This document shows, piece by piece, positions 45,476-55,620 of a DNA stretch of 64,000 nt (the first letter of the stretch is position 1; every line of letters starts with the position of its first letter). A program made the position numbers and the translations under genes. The stretch is from Candidatus Acidiferrum sp. Its GTDB lineage: Bacteria; Acidobacteriota; Terriglobia; Acidiferrales; UBA7541. The notes under the pieces are model-generated. The model worked only from the letters and a program-made list of their open reading frames with translations. It ran no database searches and was not told the DNA's origin. The stretch lies in the NCBI GenBank assembly GCA_041485085.1, contig JBGPIX010000001.1, forward strand, positions 8,564 to 72,563, read 5' to 3'.

Positions 45476-46888
45476 CTATAAATTGGATCGGAGCGGGGGA
45501 CGCCACCGGACTCCAAATACGATGGTCTTCCTTTGGCCTGCAAAGAGCTGTTGTGCGTTGGCGTTCTGGTACGTATAAGCGAAGGTTGTAAATAAACTGA
45601 AATTGTAAATCAAACGATAATCAAACTCGCTGGTGACATATTTTCCGTTCGTGCGCGGGGTGACCCCCAATTCGCGGAAATAACCAACGCTCGAATTCCA
45701 TGAGGCCTGCCGTGTGAATACAAGACCGACCGATCCGTCGACGCGATCCGATTCTTCCCGGCTCACGTAGTTGTTGAACGTAACGCCCCGCGTATAGGCG
45801 GCAGCCAAACTTATGTTCCTAGATGCATTTTCAAGCACTGAAAAACCGCCCGAATAGCCCCAATGATCCCCCTGGGGCAAATCGCTGAAACTCTGCAGCT
45901 CCGCTCCAATTTGTCCATTGACGAATAGGGAGCGAGCAAGCTGTTCGCTATAGAAAACTCCTGAGGTGTTGTAACGGGCCGACTGCGAAACGACGGCAGT
46001 GCTCTTTTCCCTCAGGAATTGGAAAGAATCGAAAAGTCCGATTGTTCTGCGCGCGGTGAGAGCGTGACTTACGGCAATCGTGCCGGAATAAGTTTGCCCA
46101 TCGGCAACATACAAAGAACCTGTCTGTCCGCTGGTCGTGCGGTCGTAACGGTACAACGGAGTAATCGTAACCGTCGTGCGGGGACTGAAAGCGTATTGAA
46201 TAGTCGCGGTTGCCGTATTCGCCAGAAAATTACCATCGGTCTCAAGAAAATTGTTCTGAGTTACGCTTCCTCCTCTGCTATCGGCCGCGAAAAAATTCTC
46301 AGGAATGAGCGGATTGCTATGCACCTGTAAGAAGCTGTCCTGCACGGCGATGCTCCACCTCGGCGAAACATTGAACTGCGTGCCAATGGAAAGGTTATTG
46401 TTTGCGCTGATGTTGGCGTGGACTTGGCCTCCTACAATCGCCATTTGAGGAAAGTACTGCAGGACAATCCGGCTCTTCGTCCGTGAGATGAGGTGGTCGA
46501 ACATCAGACCAGTGCGCAGAATAGAGAGTTTGGTCCAAGGCTCCTGGATTGCTCCTCCTGGCGGTTCGAACTGATCAAGAATTCCGAAATATTCGAATCT
46601 GCTAATGGAGAAGTCCCCCCAGCGCAAGGGCGTGCTAGAGGTGCCAAACAGGGGGAGACCCGTACCGGCGTCCCTTATTACTGCGGCATAAGGATTGGGA
46701 GGCTCAGGAGACGGAGGCGGTGTGTCATCGGGGACTCCTTGCGGTGTCCAGGGAGAGGTCTTGGCAGCCGGTTTTGGCATTTCATTCTTGGGGCGTTGCG
46801 ACGAGGAATCTTCTTGCGCCCGTAACGGGGATAAGAAGAGAAAGAGCGCTACCAGCAAGCCACCCGCCAGTTTTTTCGCATAACTCAT
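45476..46888 (-). CDS. Outer-membrane beta-barrel for polysaccharide export (TIGR03016/BBP2-like)
   Basis: Signal peptide, amphipathic beta-strands, aromatic terminal strand (VFGVRW); next to wza. Confidence 0.7.
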   Translation of the reverse strand: MSYAKKLAGGLLVALFLFLSPLRAQEDSSSQRPKNEMPKPAAKTSPWTPQGVPDDTPPPSPEPPNPYAAVIRDAGTGLPLFGTSSTPLRWGDFSISRFEYFGILDQFEPPGGAIQEPWTKLSILRTGLMFDHLISRTKSRIVLQYFPQMAIVGGQVHANISANNNLSIGTQFNVSPRWSIAVQDSFLQVHSNPLIPENFFAADSRGGSVTQNNFLETDGNFLANTATATIQYAFSPRTTVTITPLYRYDRTTSGQTGSLYVADGQTYSGTIAVSHALTARRTIGLFDSFQFLREKSTAVVSQSARYNTSGVFYSEQLARSLFVNGQIGAELQSFSDLPQGDHWGYSGGFSVLENASRNISLAAAYTRGVTFNNYVSREESDRVDGSVGLVFTRQASWNSSVGYFRELGVTPRTNGKYVTSEFDYRLIYNFSLFTTFAYTYQNANAQQLFAGQRKTIVFGVRWRPPLRSNL

Positions 46889-46923
46889 TGTTCACCTCCG
46901 ATGGCGGCTAATTTGACGCTCGC

Positions 46924-47595
46924 CTAGGGCACCACTACGATGTCGCCTGATTGAAGGATGGGATTGTCGCCGTTACCTTTTAGCGCCTTCTTGTAATTGA
47001 AACCAATCCGTATCTGCTTGCCGCCGACATTTCGCAAGATGTAGATCGAACCGGCCTTAGCAAACGGACTCAAGCCACCTGCCTCAGCAAGAAGATCCAC
47101 AACGGTGAGCCCGCCCGTCAACGGGTATATTCCTTGCTTGCCAACATACCCTACAAGTGACACTCTGAGGCTCTTAATACTTCTTACGATCACTGTCACC
47201 TGAGGATCGTTCACGAACGTCTTTAGCTTTTCCGTGAGGATTGCTTGCAGTTCCTCAGTCGTCAGTCCCACAACTTTGATGTCGTTGAGCAACGGCATTG
47301 TAATCATGCCGTCGGGGCGAACCACCACTCCCTGAGAAAATTCAGGCTCATGCCAAACCGAAATCGTCAACTCATCATCCAATCCCACTCGATACCCGAT
47401 AGGGGGCTGCACAGGAGCAGCAGTGTCGACAGCGTTTGTCTTCGTCGCCGGAGCGGCGTTCGCTTTGGGATCTGAATTGGGCGGCTTTCTATCTCCGTGA
47501 TTTGTGTCCTGCTCTTCTGCGATGGCACATGTCGACAGAGCTGTCAGCGTCAAAAGTACTGCGACGGTGAAGACGACTTTTAAGAGCCTCGGCAA
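46924..47595 (-). CDS. wza: Polysaccharide export protein (Wza/Poly_export + SLBB, short periplasmic type)
   Basis: YRVG.DD.L.ISVW, VRPDG.I.MPL, EAGG, LQSGDIVVVP. Start moved to TTG 47595 (GGGAGG RBS) because the track start overlaps a sigma54 promoter. Confidence 0.88.
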   Translation of the reverse strand: MPRLLKVVFTVAVLLTLTALSTCAIAEEQDTNHGDRKPPNSDPKANAAPATKTNAVDTAAPVQPPIGYRVGLDDELTISVWHEPEFSQGVVVRPDGMITMPLLNDIKVVGLTTEELQAILTEKLKTFVNDPQVTVIVRSIKSLRVSLVGYVGKQGIYPLTGGLTVVDLLAEAGGLSPFAKAGSIYILRNVGGKQIRIGFNYKKALKGNGDNPILQSGDIVVVP

Positions 47596-47641
47596 GAATG
47601 CCTCCCAGGACCGTTTCTCCCGTGAACTAGGGGAATGTAGC

Positions 47642-47657
47642 AGCAATGGTGGTGCCA
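47642..47657 (-). promoter_or_regulatory. Consensus sigma54 promoter for wza and the barrel gene
   Basis: TGGCACCACCATTGCT matches TGGCAC-N5-TTGCW; dyad TAAACCACTGTAAAATAATGGCTTA at 47672-47696. Confidence 0.8.
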
Positions 47658-47793
47658 TCTACGGCCCGCTGTAAACCACTGTAAAATAATGGCTTAGTCC
47701 CAATCTGCATCGAAACGGCGGGGGCACCGGAAACCATCTGCCCGAATTGAGAAAACTGCTTCCTGCAGCGATGAGGTAGACGTCAAGCCGGTT

Positions 47794-48036
47794 CTAACTC
47801 ATTCTCCTGCGAGGAGTTCGCCCCTCTTGGCTGCTCTTGAGTGCCCTGTCGCTTTCGAACTTCGTAATCAAGTTGAAAATCCAAAGGATGGCGGAATAAG
47901 AAAATAGCCAAGTAGTTAGCAAGATTCTGTCACGAAACTTGATAGGTAGGGACTTACCAGTGGGTGAGCCTTCGCCGCTGGCCGTAAAATGATTAAGGTC
48001 TACGTTCTCGTCGGGCTTGGAGTCTTCAGTGGCCAC
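47794..48036 (-). CDS. Possible 80-aa small membrane protein
   Basis: GTG abuts the upstream TAA; one hydrophobic stretch ILLTTWLFSYSAILWIFNLI; no recognisable family. Confidence 0.3.
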   Translation of the reverse strand: MATEDSKPDENVDLNHFTASGEGSPTGKSLPIKFRDRILLTTWLFSYSAILWIFNLITKFESDRALKSSQEGRTPRRRMS

Positions 48037-49440
48037 TTACTTTGCACCCCGGCCAGAAATCATAACCTTCGCCGTTTCAAATAACACCGCTAGATCAAGC
48101 ATTATGGAGAGGTGTTTGATATAAAAAAGATCGTACTCAAGTTTCGTTTTCGTTTCCTCAATGCTCGCCCCATACTGATACCTGACTTGGGCCCAACCCG
48201 TGATGCCTGGGCGAACCGAATGACGAAGACCGTAGTACGGAATCTGCTCTTCGAGTATGGCAACGAAATGAGGCCGCTCCGGCCGCGGACCCACAATGCT
48301 CATCTCGCCTCGCAAAACATTAATCACCTGGGGCAGTTCGTCAATCCGGAATTTGCGGATCCAATTCCCAACCCGAGTAACACGCTGGTCACCATCAGAC
48401 GCCCAGCGGGGTCCCTCCTTTTCCGCATTGTTGTACATTGAACGAAATTTAAGCATCTCAAACGGCCGCCCTCGAAGGCCTGTGCGTTCCTGTCGAAACA
48501 GGATTGGAAAACCAGACTCCAGGAAAATCGCCACAGCAACGGCGCCCAGCAGAGGCAGGCAAACAATCAGTGCAAAGAGGGAAACGATTATGTCCAGGGA
48601 CCGCTTTGCCCACACCAAGAAAGAGGACTTGCGAAATCCATCGGACAGAATCAACCAGCTGGGTGACAAGTACTCCAAAATGATCCGGCCAGTCATCCTC
48701 TCAAAAAAACTATGGGCGTCTTCGACACGGACCCCTGCAAATTTTAAGTGCAAGAGCTGCCGCACGGGCATACGGCCACGACGCTCCTGGAGCGAGATCA
48801 CAACATGATCGATCTTCTGTTCCTGGGCGATAGACTCAACGTCTACTGCTGCTCCGATGATCCCCGGATTCACCAGGGATTTCCCAATGTTCTCGCCTTT
48901 TTCATCAAGAAAGCCTACCACTTTCAATCGCAATTCGGGGCGGGAGACGATGTCACGTGCGAGAGAAATTCCGGTTGGCCCGGTTCCCATGATGAGCATG
49001 CGCTCGGTGTTGCCTGCAATTTGTCCGCTACCAAACCAAAGGAGTCGCCAGCCGAGTGTGAGTGCTACGATGACGGGAGCTGCTAGAGCAGCGATCCCAC
49101 GGCCAAACCCCACATCTGGATCAATAAAATAGCAAACCGCCAAGGCCAGGCATGCTACACCGAAAGCCTGGAAAAGCCTGACCAGAATTTCACTGTGACT
49201 GGCCGTAAGCCGAAAATCGTAGAGATCATTAAAGTAGAGGGACGTTTCGCAAATCACAATCACAAGAAGGGAACGAAAAAGCGTGCTCCAAGTCAGCAAA
49301 TAAGGAATAGCGGATCCAAAGCCGCCGACCGACGAGCGGGCAAATGTGGCCACTAGCAAGCCTATCCCGATCAACATGCAATCAGCGGCCACCAGGAGCA
49401 GAAGAGGAGTGGGAACTCTTTGACCACCAATCTTCAACAT
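48037..49440 (-). CDS. Priming polyprenyl-phosphate sugar phosphotransferase (WcaJ/EpsB type; TIGR03013-like)
   Basis: N-terminal TM helices, Rossmann-like domain, KFRSM, DELPQ, GPRPERP, RPGITGWAQ. Confidence 0.93.
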   Translation of the reverse strand: MLKIGGQRVPTPLLLLVAADCMLIGIGLLVATFARSSVGGFGSAIPYLLTWSTLFRSLLVIVICETSLYFNDLYDFRLTASHSEILVRLFQAFGVACLALAVCYFIDPDVGFGRGIAALAAPVIVALTLGWRLLWFGSGQIAGNTERMLIMGTGPTGISLARDIVSRPELRLKVVGFLDEKGENIGKSLVNPGIIGAAVDVESIAQEQKIDHVVISLQERRGRMPVRQLLHLKFAGVRVEDAHSFFERMTGRIILEYLSPSWLILSDGFRKSSFLVWAKRSLDIIVSLFALIVCLPLLGAVAVAIFLESGFPILFRQERTGLRGRPFEMLKFRSMYNNAEKEGPRWASDGDQRVTRVGNWIRKFRIDELPQVINVLRGEMSIVGPRPERPHFVAILEEQIPYYGLRHSVRPGITGWAQVRYQYGASIEETKTKLEYDLFYIKHLSIMLDLAVLFETAKVMISGRGAK

Positions 49441-49577
49441 TTCGAGACCTCTTGTATGGGCATCGCTCCAAGTCCCCTGAGGATTGTGAACTGGACCTTT
49501 TCGCTCTTGCCCAACTGGGCATCAGAGGAGGTAGCCAGCAGAAAGAAGCTCAAATAGCCAACCGGCCCGTAATGCAG

Positions 49578-49593
49578 TGCATTCGTCCGGCCA
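49578..49593 (-). promoter_or_regulatory. sigma54 promoter candidate for the priming transferase
   Basis: TGGCCGGACGAATGCA; dyad TAACCAATTGCAAGAGAATGATTTA at 49633-49657. Confidence 0.55.
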
Positions 49594-49847
49594 GATCCCC
49601 CACCAGTTCGTTTGCAAGGTTCTCGATGGTCCTAACCAATTGCAAGAGAATGATTTAGCTCCACTTCTAGCAGGAATTGCTCTGTGCGGAGATTTCCGTG
49701 CATTATCGATAACCTCAAATCGGACGCAGGCACTTAACCGATTGTTCGCGGTGCGGAGGCGTATCCCAGGGTGAAGCGCATGGTTCACTATGTCTGAGAC
49801 GAGACTAAATACTATCTTTTCAATATGTTATGAGATCGACTGACAGT

Positions 49848-49863
49848 TGGCACGTTTTGTGGG
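49848..49863 (+). promoter_or_regulatory. sigma54-like site with a deviant -12 element
   Basis: TGGCACGTTTTGTGGG (perfect -24, GG instead of GC at -12); dyad TAAATACTATCTTTTCAATATGTTA at 49806-49830. Confidence 0.4.
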
Positions 49864-50019
49864 TGAGTTCCCGCGACCAAGAAAACTTTTTCCATCTCTT
49901 GCCATGGGCGGTATCGAAGACAAGCGGAACTTAGGCCGGCATGCTGCAGAACCGTCGGAGAAGCAGGAAACCTATTGGTTTCCCCAGCTTGAGGACACAT
50001 CCCTGCCGTAGCGAGAGTC

Positions 50020-50035
50020 TGGCCACTATCTTGCT
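50020..50035 (+). promoter_or_regulatory. sigma54 promoter candidate for the GNAT-ACP-ligase operon
   Basis: TGGCCACTATCTTGCT (GG-N10-GC, TTGCT). Confidence 0.6.
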
Positions 50036-50217
50036 AGGATCATAGTGCGTCTCAAATATCGCGAATCGGAAGAGGGTGCTCCTCTATTGTGCAATCTTTG
50101 CAGTTTGTGTCGCACCCCCGGAATGCCCGGTTGCTAGGGAGCGTGTAGAACTTTGATTTCGCAGAGGAACATCCATTAGAGTTCGCAGTTATCGGAGGCC
50201 AGACCAATCTCAGGCAT

Positions 50218-51249
50218 ATGTCGATTCGCATTCGTTCTGCAGTCCTTGAGTCAGACAGCACGGATCTAATCGATCTATTTCGGCGGCATCTCACCGCGCT
50301 GTCCGATAGACATCGGTTCGACTGGCTCTACGTTCAAAATCCCTGCGGGGCGGCACGCGCCTGGGTGGCTTGCAATGGTGACAAGGGTGAAGTGGTGGGC
50401 GCTGCCGCAGCCTTTCCGCGAAAGATTCATCTCGCGGGGGTGGAAATGAGCGGATGGGTGCTAGGTGATTTTTGTTTGGAGGAAAAATTCCGGAGTCTAG
50501 GCCCCGCCGTGCAATTGCAACGTGCGTGTTTGGAAGCGGTCGCATCCCCTTTTGAGTTTTGTTACGACTTCCCGAGCCAAAGCATGCTGGCCGTGTATAA
50601 GAGATTAGGAGTTCAACAGACAGGATGTGTGGTGCGTTGGGCCAAACCTCTGCGCGTGGAGCAGAAGCTGGAACCAATAATTCGATCGCGAAAAATTGCA
50701 AAAACACTTGGGCTGATAGGTAATGCCGTTCTTGTCCGGCGGGGTTATAAGGGCGAGAAAAATGGTTGCGAAGTGACGCTCCACACGGGGCCCTGCGGAG
50801 AAGAATTTAGCGTGCTCGATCGGACACTAGCGGTGGGTCCAGGTGTGAGGCTTGCACGCACGGCCGAGTATTTGAACTGGCGTTACTTGGCTCACCCTTC
50901 TCAAGCACACGAAATCCTAACGGTACGCCGAGAAGGGATATTGGTCGGCTACGTTGTCCTAATCAGCGATCCGAATATCGCCAGTATTGTAGATATTCTT
51001 GCCGTGGAGGAACCTGCGATAATTGCGCTGCTCCTATCGGCGGCAGTCGAGAAAATACGGCGCCGGGGCGCCGCGGCGGCAAACCTGATCGCCGGCGATG
51101 GACATCCATTGAATGGCATTTTTGAACTAGCGGGATTCCGACGGCGGGAAGCATCGCCGTTCGTCGTCTGCACGGGAAGAAACCCGATGGTCGCAGAAAC
51201 TAGCTTTCAAAGAAACTGGTACTTGATGCATGGTGACCGCGATAGCTGA
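50218..51249 (+). CDS. Tandem-GNAT-fold acyltransferase
   Basis: WLY.QNP.G, D.....FRSLG, Y.FP, R..EYLNWRY..HP, C-terminal GD.D. Confidence 0.8.
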   Translation: MSIRIRSAVLESDSTDLIDLFRRHLTALSDRHRFDWLYVQNPCGAARAWVACNGDKGEVVGAAAAFPRKIHLAGVEMSGWVLGDFCLEEKFRSLGPAVQLQRACLEAVASPFEFCYDFPSQSMLAVYKRLGVQQTGCVVRWAKPLRVEQKLEPIIRSRKIAKTLGLIGNAVLVRRGYKGEKNGCEVTLHTGPCGEEFSVLDRTLAVGPGVRLARTAEYLNWRYLAHPSQAHEILTVRREGILVGYVVLISDPNIASIVDILAVEEPAIIALLLSAAVEKIRRRGAAAANLIAGDGHPLNGIFELAGFRRREASPFVVCTGRNPMVAETSFQRNWYLMHGDRDS

Positions 51250-51264
51250 CTTCTAGGAGCAAAG

Positions 51265-51528
51265 ATGAATCAGCCACAAACTGTAGAGGATCGGATTCGA
51301 GAGTTTATCTTGAAACAGTTTCCACTAGCCAGGAAAAACGGTCTCAGACCCGAAGAGAAATGGCTCGAAACCGGCATGATTGACTCTCTTGGAATTCTTG
51401 ATCTCGTGAATTTTCTCGAAGCGGAGTTTTCGTTGGGAGTTTCCGACGAGGAATTGCAGCCCGAGAACTTCAAATCCCTGGAAGCCGTTGCAGACTTTGT
51501 GCGCATTAAGGGCGAAAGCAAACGATGA
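51265..51528 (+). CDS. Acyl carrier protein
   Basis: GMIDSLG (phosphopantetheine Ser), E..PENF.S; acidic 87-aa protein. Confidence 0.92.
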   Translation: MNQPQTVEDRIREFILKQFPLARKNGLRPEEKWLETGMIDSLGILDLVNFLEAEFSLGVSDEELQPENFKSLEAVADFVRIKGESKR

Positions 51529-52646
51529 CGGGAGTTCGCCATTTCTCGAGGTTTGACGAACTGCCGCAGGAAAGCCGCTCGCTTTTCGAAAAAGCGGGAA
51601 GTCACTGTTTCTTCTTCGGCCTGCCCTGGTTCAGGGTGTTTATAAATCATGCTATGGATGAAGGCGACATCGTAAGGATCTACTGCTCTCGGTCACCCGA
51701 GGTTTCGGGAGATGCTGCGTTGGCTACAGTTCAGCGAGCAGCGGATTCCGGAGTTTTCAAACCAAGAAAACTCTCTTCCCTATCAAACTACTACACATCA
51801 CTCTTCAGTCCGGTATGGAACGGAGCCAGTGATCGTGAAGCAGCACAAGCGTTGGTCCGAGCTGTCGCCGCCGACTCACCGCCGTGGGATGAGATCGAAC
51901 TGAAGCCACTCGACGTCGACTGCCCCGCCTTTCACGCTCTGAAAGAGGGGTTGCAATCGGCGGGGTTTGTCGTACAGACCTACTTTTGCTTCGGGAACTG
52001 GTACCTCGAAGTTGACGGAAGGAGCTACCAACAATATGAAGCGGGCCTTCCCTCGATGCTCAGAAATACGCTGAAGCGTAGGGAGAAAAAACTGGAGAAA
52101 TCCGGACGAGCCAAAATTGCCATCGTCACTGGAGGCGACGAGTTGCAATCCGCCATCGACGCGTACAATCAGGTGTATTCAGCGAGTTGGAAAAAGCCTG
52201 AGCCATACCCGCGATTCGTGCCCCAATTGATTCAAACCTGTGCCCAACTGGGCGCACTGCGGCTTGGCGTGGTGCACGTTGACGGCGAGCCCGCCGCAGC
52301 GCAATTCTGGATTGTGCAGAACGGCGTCGCTCTGATTTACAAGCTTGCTTACGACGAACGCTTCACGGATTTGTCCGTCGGCACCATTCTGACCGCTACT
52401 CTAATGCGCCACGTGATCGACGTGGATAAGGTCCAAGAGGTGGATTACCTTACTGGAGATGATGCTTATAAGAGGGACTGGATGTCAGGCCGTCGGGAGC
52501 GCGGGGGTATACTTGCCATGAATCCTCGAACCGTGCGCGGAGCAGTTGCGATTGCAAGACATGTTGGCGGGCGTGCCGTGAAGCGTGCAGTTCAATCGCT
52601 AGGCAGACGCATGTTTAAACGACCGAACGCACCGGTGGGCTTCTGA
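51525..52646 (+). CDS. GNAT-fold protein (CelD/BcsL, Acetyltransf_6-like)
   Basis: LSNYYT, FGNWY, SWK.PE, YKLAYDE, DYLTGDD.YK.DWM. Confidence 0.85.
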   Translation: MTGVRHFSRFDELPQESRSLFEKAGSHCFFFGLPWFRVFINHAMDEGDIVRIYCSRSPEVSGDAALATVQRAADSGVFKPRKLSSLSNYYTSLFSPVWNGASDREAAQALVRAVAADSPPWDEIELKPLDVDCPAFHALKEGLQSAGFVVQTYFCFGNWYLEVDGRSYQQYEAGLPSMLRNTLKRREKKLEKSGRAKIAIVTGGDELQSAIDAYNQVYSASWKKPEPYPRFVPQLIQTCAQLGALRLGVVHVDGEPAAAQFWIVQNGVALIYKLAYDERFTDLSVGTILTATLMRHVIDVDKVQEVDYLTGDDAYKRDWMSGRRERGGILAMNPRTVRGAVAIARHVGGRAVKRAVQSLGRRMFKRPNAPVGF

Positions 52647-52700
52647 TCCAGTCAGGTCGTGACCTTAGAACGGTTCTTTCGAGAGAGTGCGGGAGACAGA

Positions 52701-54272
52701 ATGGATTTCTTGATCTGGCATCTGTTGCGGAATAGAGTGCGTCGCACGCCGGACAAGGAGGCTTTAGTCCATGGCGAGCAACGCCTAAGTTATCGCGAGG
52801 TGTACAAACAGGCTGCAAGTCTGGCGGCATCCTTGCGCACCACACATATCAAACGCGGTGATCGCATAGGTATTTATCTCGAAGCGTCCATCCCACAAGT
52901 CATCTCGATTTTTGGTATCTCGCAGGCGGGAGGCGTATACGTCCCCATAAACGCACTTTTGCACACCGAGCAGGTGATGCACATCGCGCTGGACTGCGGA
53001 ATGACAGGACTTGTAACGACGTCTTCAAAATTGGCATCGTTGGCCGACTTGATTCCTCAAATTCCTTCGCTTGAGTTTCTGGTTGTTACGGGTGAGGGCG
53101 AGATACCTGTCACGAGAATCCCTGTCTACCGGTTTGATGAACTTTGCTCTGCCGAGGCGCCATCTGTTTGGGCTGAGCCGGGGATCGAGAAGGATCTGGC
53201 CGCCATTCTGTACACGTCTGGTTCGACCGGAAAACCCAAGGGAGTCATGCTAAGTCATGCCAACATTGTCGCAGGTAGCCGAATCGTCTCGACGTACCTT
53301 GAGATCACGGAAGCGGAGAGAATTCTTGCCGTATTGCCTTTTAGCTTTGATGCGGGAATGAACCAGCTGATGACCGCCTTTGAAAAAGGCGGAACGCTGG
53401 TTTTGATTAACTTTGTTTTTGCGCGGGAAATTGTTCAGGCCCTATTAAGAGAGCGCATAACAGGCCTGGCAGGTGTGCCAACCCTTTGGAGTCTGCTCGC
53501 GCAGCCCAATTCGACACTGGATAGGCAGCCACTCCCCCATCTGCGATACATCACGAATACCGGCGGAGCAATGCCGCAAGCGGTCCTAAGGGTCCTCCAA
53601 CAAGTCCTGTCTACGACGAAGGTTTTCCTCATGTACGGCCTGACCGAGGCGTTTCGTTCGACTTATCTCCCGCCCGAGGAACTTGATCGGCGCCCCACAT
53701 CCATGGGTAAGGCTATTCCGGACACGGAGATCCTAGTCCTGAACGAGCAGGGCCAGGTCTGCAAACCCGGTGAGACTGGAGAATTAGTGCATCGCGGCCC
53801 CACGGTTTCGATGGGTTACTGGAATAGGCCAGAAGACACGGCCCGTGCACTGCGCGCGAATCCACTTTTGCCTCCGGAAATGGGCGATTGTGAAAGGGTC
53901 TGCTATTCCGGGGATTTAGTGAGAATGGATGAAGAGGGCTTCCTATATTTCCTCGGCCGGCGAGACGCCATGATCAAGTCTTCGGGCTTCCGTATCAGCC
54001 CGACAGAAGTCGAGGAAGTGCTATTCCAGACAGGAAAGCTGCGGGGCGCAGCAGTCATCGGAATCCCGGACGAGGTACTGGGCCAATCGATCAAAGCATT
54101 CGTTGTGTCGCGCGACGGCGATGCACTCGATGGAGACGCGCTCTTGGCCTTGTGCGCGGAGAAGATGCCGCGCTATATGGTACCGAAAGCGATCGAAGTC
54201 TTAACTGAACTGCCGAAGACAAGTAGCGGTAAAGTGGATTATCCGGCCTTGCGCCGGCGCGAAGGGTTGTGA
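52701..54272 (+). CDS. AMP-forming ligase, exosortase-A-system type (TIGR03098-like)
   Basis: YTSGSTGKPKG, PFSFDAG, MYGLTEAFRSTYL, SGD, PK.SSGK; start ATG 52701 with GGGAGA RBS. Confidence 0.92.
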   Translation: MDFLIWHLLRNRVRRTPDKEALVHGEQRLSYREVYKQAASLAASLRTTHIKRGDRIGIYLEASIPQVISIFGISQAGGVYVPINALLHTEQVMHIALDCGMTGLVTTSSKLASLADLIPQIPSLEFLVVTGEGEIPVTRIPVYRFDELCSAEAPSVWAEPGIEKDLAAILYTSGSTGKPKGVMLSHANIVAGSRIVSTYLEITEAERILAVLPFSFDAGMNQLMTAFEKGGTLVLINFVFAREIVQALLRERITGLAGVPTLWSLLAQPNSTLDRQPLPHLRYITNTGGAMPQAVLRVLQQVLSTTKVFLMYGLTEAFRSTYLPPEELDRRPTSMGKAIPDTEILVLNEQGQVCKPGETGELVHRGPTVSMGYWNRPEDTARALRANPLLPPEMGDCERVCYSGDLVRMDEEGFLYFLGRRDAMIKSSGFRISPTEVEEVLFQTGKLRGAAVIGIPDEVLGQSIKAFVVSRDGDALDGDALLALCAEKMPRYMVPKAIEVLTELPKTSSGKVDYPALRRREGL

Positions 54273-55597
54273 TGGACAACTTGGTCCGATCGCTAGTGCA
54301 GAAACGCTTCGGCACCCAGCATGGCGAATTGATTGTGGGTGGGGTTTCCGTCCGCGAGATGGCCGAGAAGTACGGGACGCCATACTTTGTTTACGACCGG
54401 AGAGTGTTCGACGAAAAACTCGATTTGCTGCAACGTTCTTTGCCCCACCGATTTAGGATTTTTTATTCGGTAAAAGCTAATCCGAACCAAGCGATATTGC
54501 GACATTTTTTGTCGCGCGGTTGCGGGCTTGAGATTGCTTCCTCAGGCGAGTTCCATCAAGCACTGCAAGCTGGGTGCGATCCCCGCCAGATGTTATTTGC
54601 GGGCCCGGGGAAAACTGAAGCAGAACTCGAACTCGTCCTCTCTCATGATATAGGGGAAATCCACTTGGAATCTGCGATCGAAGCCAGTCGCGTTGGTGCC
54701 ATTAGCCGACGCCTGGGTCGGCGCGCAAATGTGGCGATTCGAGTAAATCCCGCAGGCGAAGCAGAAGGGGGAGCCATGCGCATGGGCGGGCGTCCGGCAC
54801 CATTCGGGGTCGATGAAGAAGTGTTGGACGATCTGGTTGATCTGGTGACCAACGACCGGCAGCTTGATCTCCGCGGAATTCATTTGTTCACAGGCACGCA
54901 AATCCTGGACGCAAAAGTACTCTCAAATCAGTATCGCCACGGCCTTGAGGTCGCCAGCCGGGTGGCCAAGAAAATTGGCGGTCCACTACACACTGTGGAT
55001 TTTGGTGGCGGCCTTGGGATTCCCTACTTCTCACACGAACAAGAGTTGGATCTCGTGCAACTTCGCGCGGATCTCGCCGCGCTTTTTGCGGAAACTGAAA
55101 ATGATCCCTCATTCGAGGAGACAGAATTCCTGGTTGAGCCGGGCCGATATCTGGCGGGTGAGGCGGGCCTATACGTTGCGCGCGTCAACGATATCAAAGT
55201 TTCGCGCGGGAAAAAGTTCCTGATCCTCGATGGTGGGATGAACCATCATCTCGCCGCCTCCGGCAATTTAGGCCAAACAATCAAACGGAACTACCCCGTC
55301 GCTCTGATTAACAAGTTAGAGACTCAGGCCGATGACATTGTGGATGTCGTAGGGCCTCTCTGCACACCTCTCGACACCCTGGCTCGAAATGTCGCCCTGC
55401 CGAGCGCGGAGATCGGTGACTTGTTCGGAATCTTTCAGTCAGGCGCATACGCGCGTTCAGCAAGCCCTTTAGGTTTCTTGAGTCATGCTGCTCCTCCGGA
55501 AATATGGGTCGATGCTGGCAATGACACTCTGATCCGACGCAGGAGCGAATCTTGGGATACGCTCGTCAGCCAGTCGGCGGAATCGAACGTGGTTTAA
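54272..55597 (+). CDS. PLP-dependent decarboxylase, LysA/BtrK-like (TIGR03099-like)
   Basis: YSVKAN (Schiff-base Lys), DFGGG, EPGRY, DGGMNHHL, GPLCT, GAY; TGATG coupling with the ligase. Confidence 0.9.
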   Translation: MDNLVRSLVQKRFGTQHGELIVGGVSVREMAEKYGTPYFVYDRRVFDEKLDLLQRSLPHRFRIFYSVKANPNQAILRHFLSRGCGLEIASSGEFHQALQAGCDPRQMLFAGPGKTEAELELVLSHDIGEIHLESAIEASRVGAISRRLGRRANVAIRVNPAGEAEGGAMRMGGRPAPFGVDEEVLDDLVDLVTNDRQLDLRGIHLFTGTQILDAKVLSNQYRHGLEVASRVAKKIGGPLHTVDFGGGLGIPYFSHEQELDLVQLRADLAALFAETENDPSFEETEFLVEPGRYLAGEAGLYVARVNDIKVSRGKKFLILDGGMNHHLAASGNLGQTIKRNYPVALINKLETQADDIVDVVGPLCTPLDTLARNVALPSAEIGDLFGIFQSGAYARSASPLGFLSHAAPPEIWVDAGNDTLIRRRSESWDTLVSQSAESNVV

Positions 55598-55620
55598 CCG
55601 TCGAAGAACAGAAAGAATCC

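Noticed and set aside
54272-55597. Housekeeping lysA
   Set aside because: It is coupled to the AMP-ligase/ACP and has the GGMNHHLAASGN motif of the EPS-associated subfamily, so the symbol is withheld.
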